A stretch of DNA of 64,000 bases from Lama guanicoe (lineage: Eukaryota), in assembly GCA_013239625.1 (NCBI GenBank), contig MU054187.1:1993757-2057756 (forward strand), written 5' to 3'. Under the pieces are notes generated by a model that was not told where the DNA came from, searched no databases, and saw only the letters and a program-made list of their open reading frames with translations. The translations under genes and the position numbers were made by a program. This document shows positions 53,578-64,000 of the stretch, in pieces. Position 1 is the first letter of the stretch, and every line of letters starts with the position of its first letter.

Positions 53578-54885
53578 AAATCATTTGTTCATTTATTCAT
53601 TAATACGTTGTCAAATTCAGTTCTCTATACACTATGGTGTTTATTCCATTTTCCGTACTATTAGATATACATATTTAAAAAAATATTTAACTTATTTTTA
53701 TGTAGAAATTAAATATTTTCTGGGAAAAAAAGAATCATTTTATTATTGTTCTCTAACAACAAACTTGAAACAAGTCTCATCCAACTCAACTAACTCATTT
53801 AAATACTTTGCTCCACGGCAATTAATCTAAAGACCAAGTTTGCACAATTCCATCCTACATAACACTGCTTTACCCTGTTACGTGGTATACAGTTAAAGAG
53901 CATTTTTGTAAGAAACATGTTTCTCTTTTGATATGATACAGAACAAGTTTTTCACACTTCCCAGCAATCACTCAAATATATTAAAAATGCATCCTCCTTT
54001 AAAAGGCACACACATTTACAGGTTCAAATCTTTATTGTTGTAAAATTCTACGTCTTTTACAATACAACATGTTACTCAGATGACCTCTAAGTGGTTAATA
54101 TACAATGAGCACGTTTTTCCTGAAACTGAACCACAGATAACGTCATCAGCACGACGATCCTAACAGAACAGCGAAGACGCTGGGAAAGCCCGCGTGCTGC
54201 CCCAGGAGCTCCACCAGCACACACCCTGCCCTGCGGAACCCAGCGGCCCATCTGCGCAAAGCGTTTCCGCAGACTGCTGATTACGGCTGATCTTAAAGTC
54301 AGTCAATCAAATTAGAGTTCCTTTTTGTTTTGAAACATCAAAGGGCATTTAAAAAAATAAATGAAACAATTTGCTTTAGTAATCTACAGAGGCAAACTCA
54401 AAATCATGATTATCTGCATGCAGTAACACTCCTCTTTAAATAGCTTTGAAGAATTTATACATTTTATAAATGTGTTAAAGAGTGCAAGTTTTCATTGATT
54501 TCACAAAAGGACAAATGCTGGTAATAATAACTAACATTTAATATCTAAGTTCAAGCTAATGTATATGTAACAGGCAATCAACATGGCTAACCGTAAGCCA
54601 CAATGCACGGGTATGCCCTTTGAGAAAATGAACTAGTTTGGTCCGCATTTCTAGAGTTACTCGGGTAGAAAAACAAAAACAAACCATTTTAATTCAGCCA
54701 ACAGTTTTGACGAATTTATTGTTCCTAAAATGTAGCCAGGTAAAAAGTAAATGACATACACCAATGAAGCACACTGTCGTGTTGACTTTTATATAAAAAG
54801 ATGGCCTGATGTTTTTGGAGTGACGGATGAGCACTGTTGGACAAATCAGAAAAATGTCACAGAATGTCTTGATTTCTTCCATAAA
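53578..54885 (-). other. RB1CC1: RB1CC1 3'UTR with candidate polyA signals
   Basis: AT-rich sequence after the stop; minus-strand AATAAA at 54031-54036, 53739-53744, 53640-53645 and 53592-53597; 3' end approximate. Confidence 0.7.
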
Positions 54886-54963
54886 TTAAACTTTTTTGTT
54901 CCATGACACAGCTTTCACTCTGTAAAACTTTGTCCCCAAAGGAACTTTAAATCTGTTTTGTGC
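54886..54963 (-). CDS. RB1CC1: RB1CC1 terminal coding exon (AQNRFKVPLGTKFYRVKAVSWNKKV*)
   Basis: tcttag|GCA CAA...AAA GTT TAA; 78 nt; known FIP200 C-terminus. Confidence 0.97.
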   Translation of the reverse strand, partial: AQNRFKVPLGTKFYRVKAVSWNKKV

Positions 54964-55682
54964 CTAAGACAGAAAGAAAAAGGCGATTAAACCAAATTGC
55001 GCAGGCACCGCCCCATCACATAACTCAGAGCTAGATTACTGGAGGGGGTGTTCCTGTATCAAACGGCCCAGGCCCACCCCTCCCCAGAGAGAGCGCCCTG
55101 AACTAACCCCGACGGCTAAGACCAGCGCAGAGAGAGCCGTGTGCCATTATCTGAGGCATCACAGAAGCCTCAGCAGCACACGCTCAAAGTCTGTGACTGT
55201 CCTGGGGCGCAAGGGCCACCAGTGAGTCGGCAGGATGCTCACTGGACCTCACGAGTCCACACGCTGACGCTGCTGACATCCAGTCAGGTGCACTTTGAGC
55301 CATCAAACATTTTACATCATCCTTCTCCAGTGGGGGTAGCATTACGAAAATAAACCATCCACTCTACCTACAAACAGACTGTCCATCACCAGTTGCGCTG
55401 TGTTCCTTTTTTGCACATGAAAACACTAGCAACTTAACACTCAGAGAACAGAAACTTGCGGCAGTTCTCCTGGACAGGCTGACGGCTTGCTGGTAATCCA
55501 CTACTACTATCAGAGGATAAATGATGTAAGTATTGATGGAATTGCTCGTGCAAACTCACACTCATGAAATTCAAGGCCTAACTCAAGTGAACTAAGAGGC
55601 CAAGAAGAGCGCTGTTACTGACTCCTCCCCGGAGCAGAAGAGTCCTCCTCACCAGCCCTTGGTCCACGGCCCCGGGGGTTAC

Positions 55683-55753
55683 CTTTTTGGCTTGACAGTA
55701 CTCCTTCTCCATCACTTTCCCAAGCACCCACGGTCTTCTAGATGCGCCCGAAG
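55683..55753 (-). CDS. RB1CC1: RB1CC1 coding exon (A/SGASRRPWVLGKVMEKEYCQAKK)
   Basis: ccatag|CT TCG...AAA AAG|gtaacc; 71 nt. Confidence 0.96.
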
Positions 55754-56048
55754 CTATGGAATCAAATTGTGAATTTCTTTGTGAAAGTACAGTTATAATT
55801 ACTCATGAAAACATAACAGCCAGAATCAGAGCAGACAAATGACATCCTCAGGACGGAAATCAGAGAAATGCATCATGATGTGTAAAACGAAACTGAATTC
55901 ATTTTACTTTTCAATCACTAATTCTGGCTTCATTTACTCATTAAACACAGATGGCAGGTCAAATCAGAGAACAAAGTTCAAGAAATCCAAACACAATCTG
56001 AGCACAAACCACGAACAAATGAATCTAGGAATTCTAAACTAGCTCAGC

Positions 56049-56063
56049 AGTGCCACCTAGTGA
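56049..56063 (-). promoter_or_regulatory. CTCF core motif (RB1CC1 intron)
   Basis: Minus strand TCACTAGGTGGCACT, one mismatch to consensus. Confidence 0.5.
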
Positions 56064-57994
56064 CAGCGCGACCAGATGACCTTTGCTGCTGCTGAAAGGC
56101 AGACATTTATGCTCTAGGTTCAAAGGGCAGCCTTCTTTTATCTGTATTTTGCTGCACGAGGCCCCACAGTGCAAACACAGTCGGTGTACAATAAATAACT
56201 AGTACGGGGTGAGAACGAGAGTCAAGAGGGCGGTGTTGTGTGAAGGGAGGTAAGGGTGGAAGCAGACAGGATGGGAGAGCCAGTCCTCACACGGCTAAAG
56301 CGCGACAAGTACTCAATCTCTTTCTAAATTCAACAGAAGAGAAGTTGTCATAAAAAAGCTGACTGCAAAAGTATCGACCAATAAATCATCCGGTTAGGGT
56401 GAAGGCTTTGCGATTTCCAAGAGAAGCTAAAACTCATTTTTATTGCATAAACATAATCTGACAATTTGTAAATAAGAGATATCCTGAATAAACCATCGAA
56501 CACAAGCATACAGATGCCACCAGGTGACACAAAGACAGGAGCCCCTGGACCACAGGGTGTGGGGGAGAGCCTGCCCCAAGGGCTCATACAGCACTTCACA
56601 CGTAGTTCACCTTTTCTGAGAAGAACTATCTGACACACAAATGTCCGGGGTGGGGGGGGTCCCACTGTCACAGGCATCAAGTCGCCCAGTGACCCACGCC
56701 CCAGGGTGGGCAGCACAGCCCCAGGCGGCATGCCCTGTCTCCTGCACAATGACGACGAGGAGAAGGAGAGGGAAGCTCGAGCTCTGTGGTCGGAAGACTG
56801 TGAAATAAGCTCCTCTCTGTGGGACTTGGGAGAGCCTTTAACGTGGAGATGTGCATTGTGCACAGTGAGTGTTCACTGGATTTAAAGCCCCACTCCTCCT
56901 GTTTTTAGGAAATGCGCTGTAAAACATCTGAAGATAAAGGTCATGGTATCATGCAGCCTAATGCAGTTCTGGAAACAAGCAGTGCGCACAGGCTTGCGTG
57001 CAGTCAGGTGTTTGCACGCTGAGCCACGGTGTGCAGAGACATTTCGAATGCGGCAAGACTCTAACAGCAGGTGACTCTGAGCAGAGGGACACGGGTTTTT
57101 TTATACTGTCCTTATTTATGCAACTTCCTGGTAAATTTAAAAAGCATTCTCAAATAAGTCTAAATAAGTGAAAAAACAAACCTCCCTAAAAAACTGAAGA
57201 AAAAAATCAAGTTCATTGTTTTCATGGTATAAAGCCAATAAATTAAATTGCAAGCTGCCCTCCCCGTCTCGCAGGGTTACATGAAAACTGCACACGTCCA
57301 CGGATTCCATCCAGCCCACTGCCAACAGCCACAGCGAGGGCCCTGTGGCACCGGCCCAGCTTGCAGAGGTGGCACCTGGCCACACGCACAAGGCACTCCT
57401 AGCAGTAACATCCACACACATTCCTGCTTTTAGATCGTTCTACTTAGGCTAAGTATTCCAGGACGTTCACTTTGTGCTTCTTGAATTCTTTACAGATCAG
57501 CGTAACAGGCAACAGTAACACGCTGACTGTACCGTAGTGAACTTCAACAGAGCTTACTGCCTCTTTTAAAAAAAATGAAAGTACTGACTAGTTTAATGAA
57601 AAACAAGGCAGAAACACAGGATGGTAAATTGGGTAGAAAAGACATTTGATAATTTAAAAGAACTTATTTTGGCCAAAACAAGTAATGCCTTTATAAACAA
57701 ATGGGCATGTCATGTTTAAGCTTACACAGGTCTGAGAATTTTGACAACTCTGTTGTTGCTGCAGTAAGAGACGTCCGACCTAACTGCATTAGCTGCGCTC
57801 CAACTCTGAATCACCAGCAGAATCCAGGAAAGTCACCTGGATGATGCGGATTTTATAAACACACGAAAAAACAGACTAAGCAGAGTTCCCTCTCACCTAT
57901 TTACTGCTGACATAATTCGGCGACAGGGGAGAGAAACCTCTAATGCACTCCCTCCAGCCCCGGTTCGCAGGTGAGCAGTGGATGTGACACTTAC

Positions 57995-58131
57995 CGCCCT
58001 CGCCTGGTTTGAGGTCCAGGGCAGGCAGAGACTCTGAATGCAGGAAATACAAGGTGGGACTGACGGTGAAAAGCACGTAATTGTCATGGCGTTCGTCCAG
58101 GATGATGAGAACCAGATCGCCCACCTGAAAG
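57995..58131 (-). CDS. RB1CC1: RB1CC1 coding exon, Claw/Atg11 domain (D/FQVGDLVLIILDERHDNYVLFTVSPTLYFLHSESLPALDLKPGEG)
   Basis: tgctcag|C TTT CAG...GAG GGC G|gtaagt; 137 nt; visible within ORF 57897..58175. Confidence 0.97.
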
Positions 58132-59676
58132 CTGAGCAAAGCGAGATTTTCACTGTCCTGAAGAGCCACCATCACCCTCCTCTCAATACTCTAAGTCTGT
58201 ATTCTGCTACCTCCAACTTCAATTATCAGTGCAATATTAAGTTTCACATTTACATGATTTCTTTAAACTCTACCCAGCTCTTGGTGGGAATGCTGGACAT
58301 ACACAGACGTTCAAAGGGCAACGCCAGCGCCTGGAAGAAGACACATATCCCAATCTTTCATTTCGCAACAATAAACAAATTCTGAGGGAGCAAACTTAGT
58401 CACAGTGGGCAAGAAAGGACCAACTTACACCGTTTCTCCAGTCTCCAAGGAGAGTGCTCCTCAGTTTGAAAGAAAAATCAACTAAACTGGGTGCATGTAC
58501 TTAAGTTTAAACAAGTCACTGGTGATCACTGACTTGGGGCGAAGCCTGAAAGGAGCAGGAAGGGAAGAGGGTGTGACCACCTAGGGTTTCCGTGGTGCTG
58601 CCTCTGCCAGGTCCTTTAGAACTGCTGTTCAGGGTATCAGCTCAGGGCTAATCTGGAGCGAAGATAATTTAGTGGGTCCTGTACCTGGTAAATCATTAAA
58701 ATCACTGGGGAGGCTTCCATTCATTCAGGTAACAGTCTTTCATTCATTGTTTATCCTGCAAATGTGAGCTGCCTGCCTAAGGAGATGTGACGGGCACTGG
58801 CTAGGATAAACCCGGAGATAATTTCTTAAAAGGAAGACGGGCCTCCCTGAGGCAGCCTTTTGTTGTTGTTTTTAAAAACTTATCTCTCTCTAATCTTTGA
58901 AAAAATCATAAATTGATTTGACTTGACATACAGCTGGTGGGTCAAGAAAGTTACACCCAGCTCTTTCAATCACTGAGAAAAGACAGAATTCTGCGAGAAG
59001 CTGACGGGCAGTAACGTCTGGTAACCGAAGGGCTGGCTGGCGGCGCTACTGCGGACAGAACAGAGCGCTTAGTTTTAAATCCTGACAGGTACAGGAGAAC
59101 GATGGTGCCGGTGAGCTGCTGACAGCGCTTTAGTGCCGCAGACACCCTCCTCTCAAACAGCCCACACCCAAACCAACACACCGCTGCAGGGCAATGTGGG
59201 CCAGGAAGACTGTCTGTTACTCAACTCATAATTTTAATAGTGTATTTTGAATTTGCAGCGTATCAATAAAATGAAGTCTGAGAAATAAAAATGGAGAAAC
59301 ACTGCAACTTCCAAAAGCAAGACTCTCCAATCAAAAATGGAAAGGACTAAGGTGATACACGGGATTCAAAAGAGGCGGCACCAGCTGAGAAGCGAAGCCC
59401 TGTTAGCAAGGTCTCAGGAATGTATGCACAAATGGTAGTCAAAGCTGTAACAGGAAGGCCTTCGAATGCAATCCTAATGGTCCCCAAATAATTCAGAAAA
59501 ATCTTGTTTTTCAATAAGAAAGTGCTAACTGCCAACGAGCACAAAGCACTCAGCCAGCTAGCCTGAAGCCGAGGGTCTAGCCGCTCAGACTGTCACCAAC
59601 GACTCAGTGCTGCTCAGGTAGGTACGTTTTTTTTTCTTCCCAGAGAAAAAGCACAAAATATAAATAAAATACTTAC

Positions 59677-59735
59677 TCTCTAATAGCTATCTTTTCAGAA
59701 TGCCTTGAGGACACTGAAGACATGCTCTGAGACAT
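59677..59735 (-). CDS. RB1CC1: RB1CC1 coding exon (MSQSMSSVSSRHSEKIAIR/D)
   Basis: ttttcag|ATG TCT...AGA GA|gtaagt; 59 nt. Confidence 0.96.
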
Positions 59736-61708
59736 CTGAAAACAGAACAGTTGGTAAAGCTCACACAAGTAAAGCACTGTGTGTGCCGGCTAGTCCGCAC
59801 CACACACACTCCCATGACTCTCTTCCCAGGCCGCACACATTCACGTCTGTCCCAACTTCCGAGGGTCCAAACTCGTGTGTTTCAGTAATAGAATTCTTTT
59901 CCTTCAACCACTACTTTCCAAGGACAAATTTACCTATGTTTCTGTCTACGGTGTTTCTTAACCCAATTTGGCTGGATTAAAAAAACGAATTTTTACAATT
60001 ATTCATTTTATTTATAATTACACATTTAATCCTAAAAATATCACAAGGAAAGAGAATGACACTTTTCGAGAAGAGTCTGAAGCCCACCACTCCGAGGAGG
60101 CACTGGACAAGGCCTCCCCTGTCGGCCGGGGCGGCGGCCCAGGGCATGCTAACTGGTTTGCTGCTGCCCGAGCTCAACTAAGGCTGCCCCGCCTCAGTCA
60201 GGCTTCAGCCCAGTTTTCACACTGTCGCAGGACACGTGGGACACGTGTGCCAAGGTCCTAGGGCCAGAAGGGTGGCAAGGATGCACATCCTCCTTAGCAG
60301 AGTGGGCCCAGGTACGGCCGTGCAGAGCAAGGACAGATAAATGAGTTTCTCTTTGTTCATTAAGTTCAGTTCTGATTCTCAGAATTTCTTCCATCTCCCT
60401 CTGAACACTGTGCAGGTTCTCAGTTGGTGTTTAAAAACAAGACAGAAAGAAAACAGCAGCAAATTAATGAATAGAAAGGCCTACAATTGTGAGGCCAACT
60501 TATTTTCAAAACTATCTGAATAGTGAGGACAAGTTCAACCATCCATTTTTCAGACTATATTCAACTCCGTTGAGATTTTTTTAAAAGCTTCAGTTTTTCA
60601 CATATTTGTTACAAACAAGGGCTCAGACGTGAGGAAACACTTGGTGAAGAGAGTTATAAATCGGTATGAAATTATGAGTTAAGCTGAGGTGCCTCCGAGG
60701 GTGGCAGTGGGTCCTCTTTGGGTCTGAGGGCAAAACTCTTTCAATCTTAAACGTTTCCCAAGCATGTACTGGGAACTGTGCGCCAGCTACTACTACGGGT
60801 GCCAGCAGCACATCAGTGAACAAAAGTGACTGAAACCGTCACCGAACAGCTTCATTCTCCCGGGGACACTGCATGAACCGCCACGTGGAGCGAGGTCTGT
60901 GGCAGACACCTCTTCCACGTCTTTCTGAAAAGGATCTGCTTCACTTACAGAAACAGCAAACAGTTAATGTTATTTTGGTGATAAATGTATGATGGACAGT
61001 CTACTAACTACAGAAGCTAGTGTGGAATCTGTGGTCACACTAAGGCGCGTGGAAGTAAGCGGATGCCTCCCTACGAGATGCTTTATTTTAAAAAAACTCA
61101 ATTCTAATCGGGCCTTGAAACCTCCCAAAAGTGCTGCACACAGGCCTTCAACTGTTCCTACTTCTTCATAATCTGTAGTCATTCGAATCTGAAGAATGAA
61201 GCAATTGCTTTATTACAGCATATGAGACTGACTATAAAACTGGCCATTCGAGTACTTAGTTAAATTCCCAGGTTAGAGTCAGGACAAGGGGATTCAGAGG
61301 ACCACACAGGGTCTCAAGCAAGGCATCGGGTTCAAACACCTCAAGTTTAAAAAAAAAACCCACCAAAGGACAGAACGTGTTGATTCTGCACACTTACGAG
61401 TGGACTTGTTCACCTTCAAACGCTGCTGAAGAACAGCTCTGACTGACTGACTGAATTAAGAGCTGACCTGATCCAAAAACACATATAATTATGGAATCCT
61501 AAGAGATTACAGCTTTTCAATAATCAGAAGACTATCTGAATTTTGCTGCCTGCTTTTAAAATTCTACGAGTGAGGTAGGGCGCGTGGTCAGGTTTAAGGG
61601 TCAATCGTCATCAGCGACCAATGTGGCTCAACAAAAACCATCAGGAACGAATTAGCCAAGGCACACAACCTTTTGATTTTTATAATCAGCTGGACAGGGA
61701 AATCTTAC

Positions 61709-61756
61709 CAGTCTCTGATTTAACCGCTTGTTTTCTTCTTCTTTCAACTGTAGTGT
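61709..61756 (-). CDS. RB1CC1: RB1CC1 coding exon (TLQLKEEENKRLNQRL)
   Basis: gcag|ACA CTA...AGA CTG|gtaaga; 48 nt, phase 0/0; matches recalled FIP200 sequence. Confidence 0.96.
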
Positions 61757-62570
61757 CTGCAGGGGCGGGAAAGAGAGACCTGTGGTTTCTGCTCGTAAGC
61801 ACTCAACTCTAAACATAAAGACTGTCCGGATTTCCTAAGTCTTCACATTACGTCTGGTTCTAGTATCAAGGGCCTGTGGGGATATCCTTTTCAGGGATCC
61901 TTATCGACTTTTATTTACTGGCTTAAAAGAGAACTACAACGATTTTAGGTGTATTTCTTTCAGCCAAGGGTTCTGCACGGTGCCTCAGCGAGGGAGCGGG
62001 GCCTGAGAGGAGGAACGTGCAGTCAGGACACACACCCAGCAGGTGCTGATGGACCTTTACTAGCGCGAGCACACACTGGAGCACAAGTCTGTACGCTCTG
62101 ACTCTGGATCCCTACCAGTTATCTCCTAGAGAGCAACAGAAATTGTGACAAATCCTAAAAGCCTGAGGAATGAAAAGTCATCTATGAACAGAGATACGTA
62201 AAGTTTGCAACTGACAGGAAGCTCTTTGCTGCCAATTTTTTCCTGTTCATTTCAATTAATCTCTATAAAGCACGTAACTCTTTTCCATTATTCAAATATT
62301 CTACTTTTGCCCTATTCTAGACAATACTTTATACTTTGCTTTGGAAATTAGTGTGTAAAATACCTATTTATAATGTCTTGCTGAATTCTGAACTGTTGGT
62401 CACTTGGACCAAAAATAACAGGACTTCTCAAAATGTTAACCATAAAAATAACCATTAAAAAGGATGTAATTTATAAACACAAATAAAGCCCGCTTTAACG
62501 TCAGGTTCACTTAACTGCATCCCAGAGCGAACACGCCGAACTCGGTATGTCAAGAAGGCACCTTACTTAC

Positions 62571-62622
62571 TCGTTCTAACAGCATTATCCTCTGCTTTTC
62601 AGACAGCACGTGGGTGTTTTCT
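62571..62622 (-). CDS. RB1CC1: RB1CC1/FIP200 coding exon (ENTHVLSEKQRIMLLER); first RB1CC1 exon found in the window, gene continues beyond the right edge
   Basis: Minus strand cctag|A GAA AAC...GAA CGA|gtaagt; 52 nt; peptide matches the FIP200 C-terminal coiled coil and splices in frame to the next exon. Confidence 0.92.
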
Positions 62623-63194
62623 CTAGGAGAGAATGATTTATTTCAGTTTAAGTCTTAAAATTCTGGACTTTACCTTCTCCAGTAAGATTTTGGAAATTTA
62701 ATTGTTAATACAGAGCACTTTAAAAATTTTAAGATTTGTACTAAATTTTCAAAAGCAGCCCATTTAAATTAGGACACATTTTAATGGTGTGTTCCTTGTA
62801 CCAGAGATCCTGAACCTGTTATTGATAAAACATTTGAAATTATGAGCAAAACTCTGTGCATGCATTTTTCTGGAATAATGTCTGAAATTTCAAGCTGTCT
62901 CCCAGGGATTAAAAATCATTCCTCCTCTTATCCATGTTACAGATAAAATGGTCTTTCTTGGGTGGCATCTCCATTAAAACTAGAAACAAAATGCCACATG
63001 TCCTCGAGTGAGCTACAAACACTCAAAAGCTTCAGTTCATAAAAAACAAACCAAATCTCAGTTCAGGTTACAAAAGTATTACTAAGTGGCTACAATGTGC
63101 TAGTCACTGTGTCATGTATGAATCTGTCCATCACACTGAAATATTCAAAAAATAATTAGAAAAGATAAGAAGAAATCTCTGTTTCTAAGAGTTT

Positions 63195-63730
63195 GACTTT
63201 ATTTTTTCAGATTCTGCATATAAGTGATACCACGTGGTGTTTGTCCTTCTCTTCTGGCTCACATCACCTGGCAGAGCCATGCAGGTCTGTCCATGTGACC
63301 ACAAAGGCAGAATGTGCTTCCTTACTGCAGCTGAGTAATATTCCATTCTCTCTCCCCCCCTCTCCTTTCTCTCTCCCTCTCTATATATATTTTCACCATT
63401 CTTTTATCGATTCACCCATCGACGGACACGGATGTGTCCGTAATCTTGGCTACTGGAATACTGCTGCAGTGAACACAGGGGGTGCAGACATTGAGCTATG
63501 GCTTCACTCTCTTTGGGGTTTGTTGAGGGTTTTCATATTTAAAAGTTGCTGCATTTTGTCAAATGCTTTCTCTTCATCCACTGCTACTGACATGTTGTAT
63601 TACATAAATTGATTTTTAAATATTAGACCAAGCTTGCAGACCTGAGACATACCCAGTAAGATTCACTTTGCATGTGGCTGGATTCAGTTTACTGGTATTT
63701 TGTTGGGAATATCTGCATGTATAGTTATAA
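63195..63730 (-). mobile_element. L1 fragments in an RB1CC1 intron
   Basis: cagattctgcatataagtgataccacgtggtgtttgtccttctc; tgcattttgtcaaatgctttctcttcatc. Confidence 0.75.
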
Positions 63731-64000
63731 AATATTTTATTAAATGTAATAGAAATGAATTTATTGATGTGAAATTTCTAAGATATTAATTTCTAAGAAG
63801 TTTAATGGTAATTTTAATGTTGCTCATCTAGAAAATGACGCTGCTAATCTATTATTTCTAATTTTTCTAAAAATGAACAGCTCTGTAAGTTTAGAAGCAC
63901 AAATAGAAAATTAAGAAGGATTTCAAAAATTTCTAAAGTAGGTGGAAACAGGCAGAAACCCAGCATGTGCAACAGGTAATCAGGAGAGGACAAAGTCTGC

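Noticed and set aside
60194..60470. Strong minus-strand polypyrimidine tract and ORF MEEILRIRTELNEQRE as an extra RB1CC1 exon
   Set aside because: The phase-0 reading from the cacag acceptor stops after 13 codons, I found no good donor, and the flanking exons already join in frame

Overview
Mammalian genomic DNA, most likely camelid, judged from the tRNA-Ala-derived Vic-1-type SINEs and young L1 3' ends. It is syntenic with human 8q11.23. The minus strand carries the last six coding exons and 3'UTR of RB1CC1/FIP200 (62622->~53580) and the complete ALKAL1 (FAM150A) gene, which I reconstructed by hand as four coding exons (114 aa) plus a probable non-coding last exon. The rest is intergenic or intronic sequence with L1, SINE, LTR/MaLR, MIR/L2 and DNA-transposon remnants, several CpG-rich patches and one assembly gap. 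Almost all ORFs in the supplied track are spurious. I see no convincing new protein-coding system. The most notable signals are: strong local AT->GC substitution bias in repeats (a GC-biased gene conversion footprint); lineage-specific changes in ALKAL1; a GC-type upstream alternative donor and candidate poison-splice options in RB1CC1; a CpG-intact solo LTR antisense in ALKAL1; convergent CTCF-like motifs; and orphan promoter-like CpG islands that may be ST18 5' exons. Comparisons with human sequences are from memory and need alignment.
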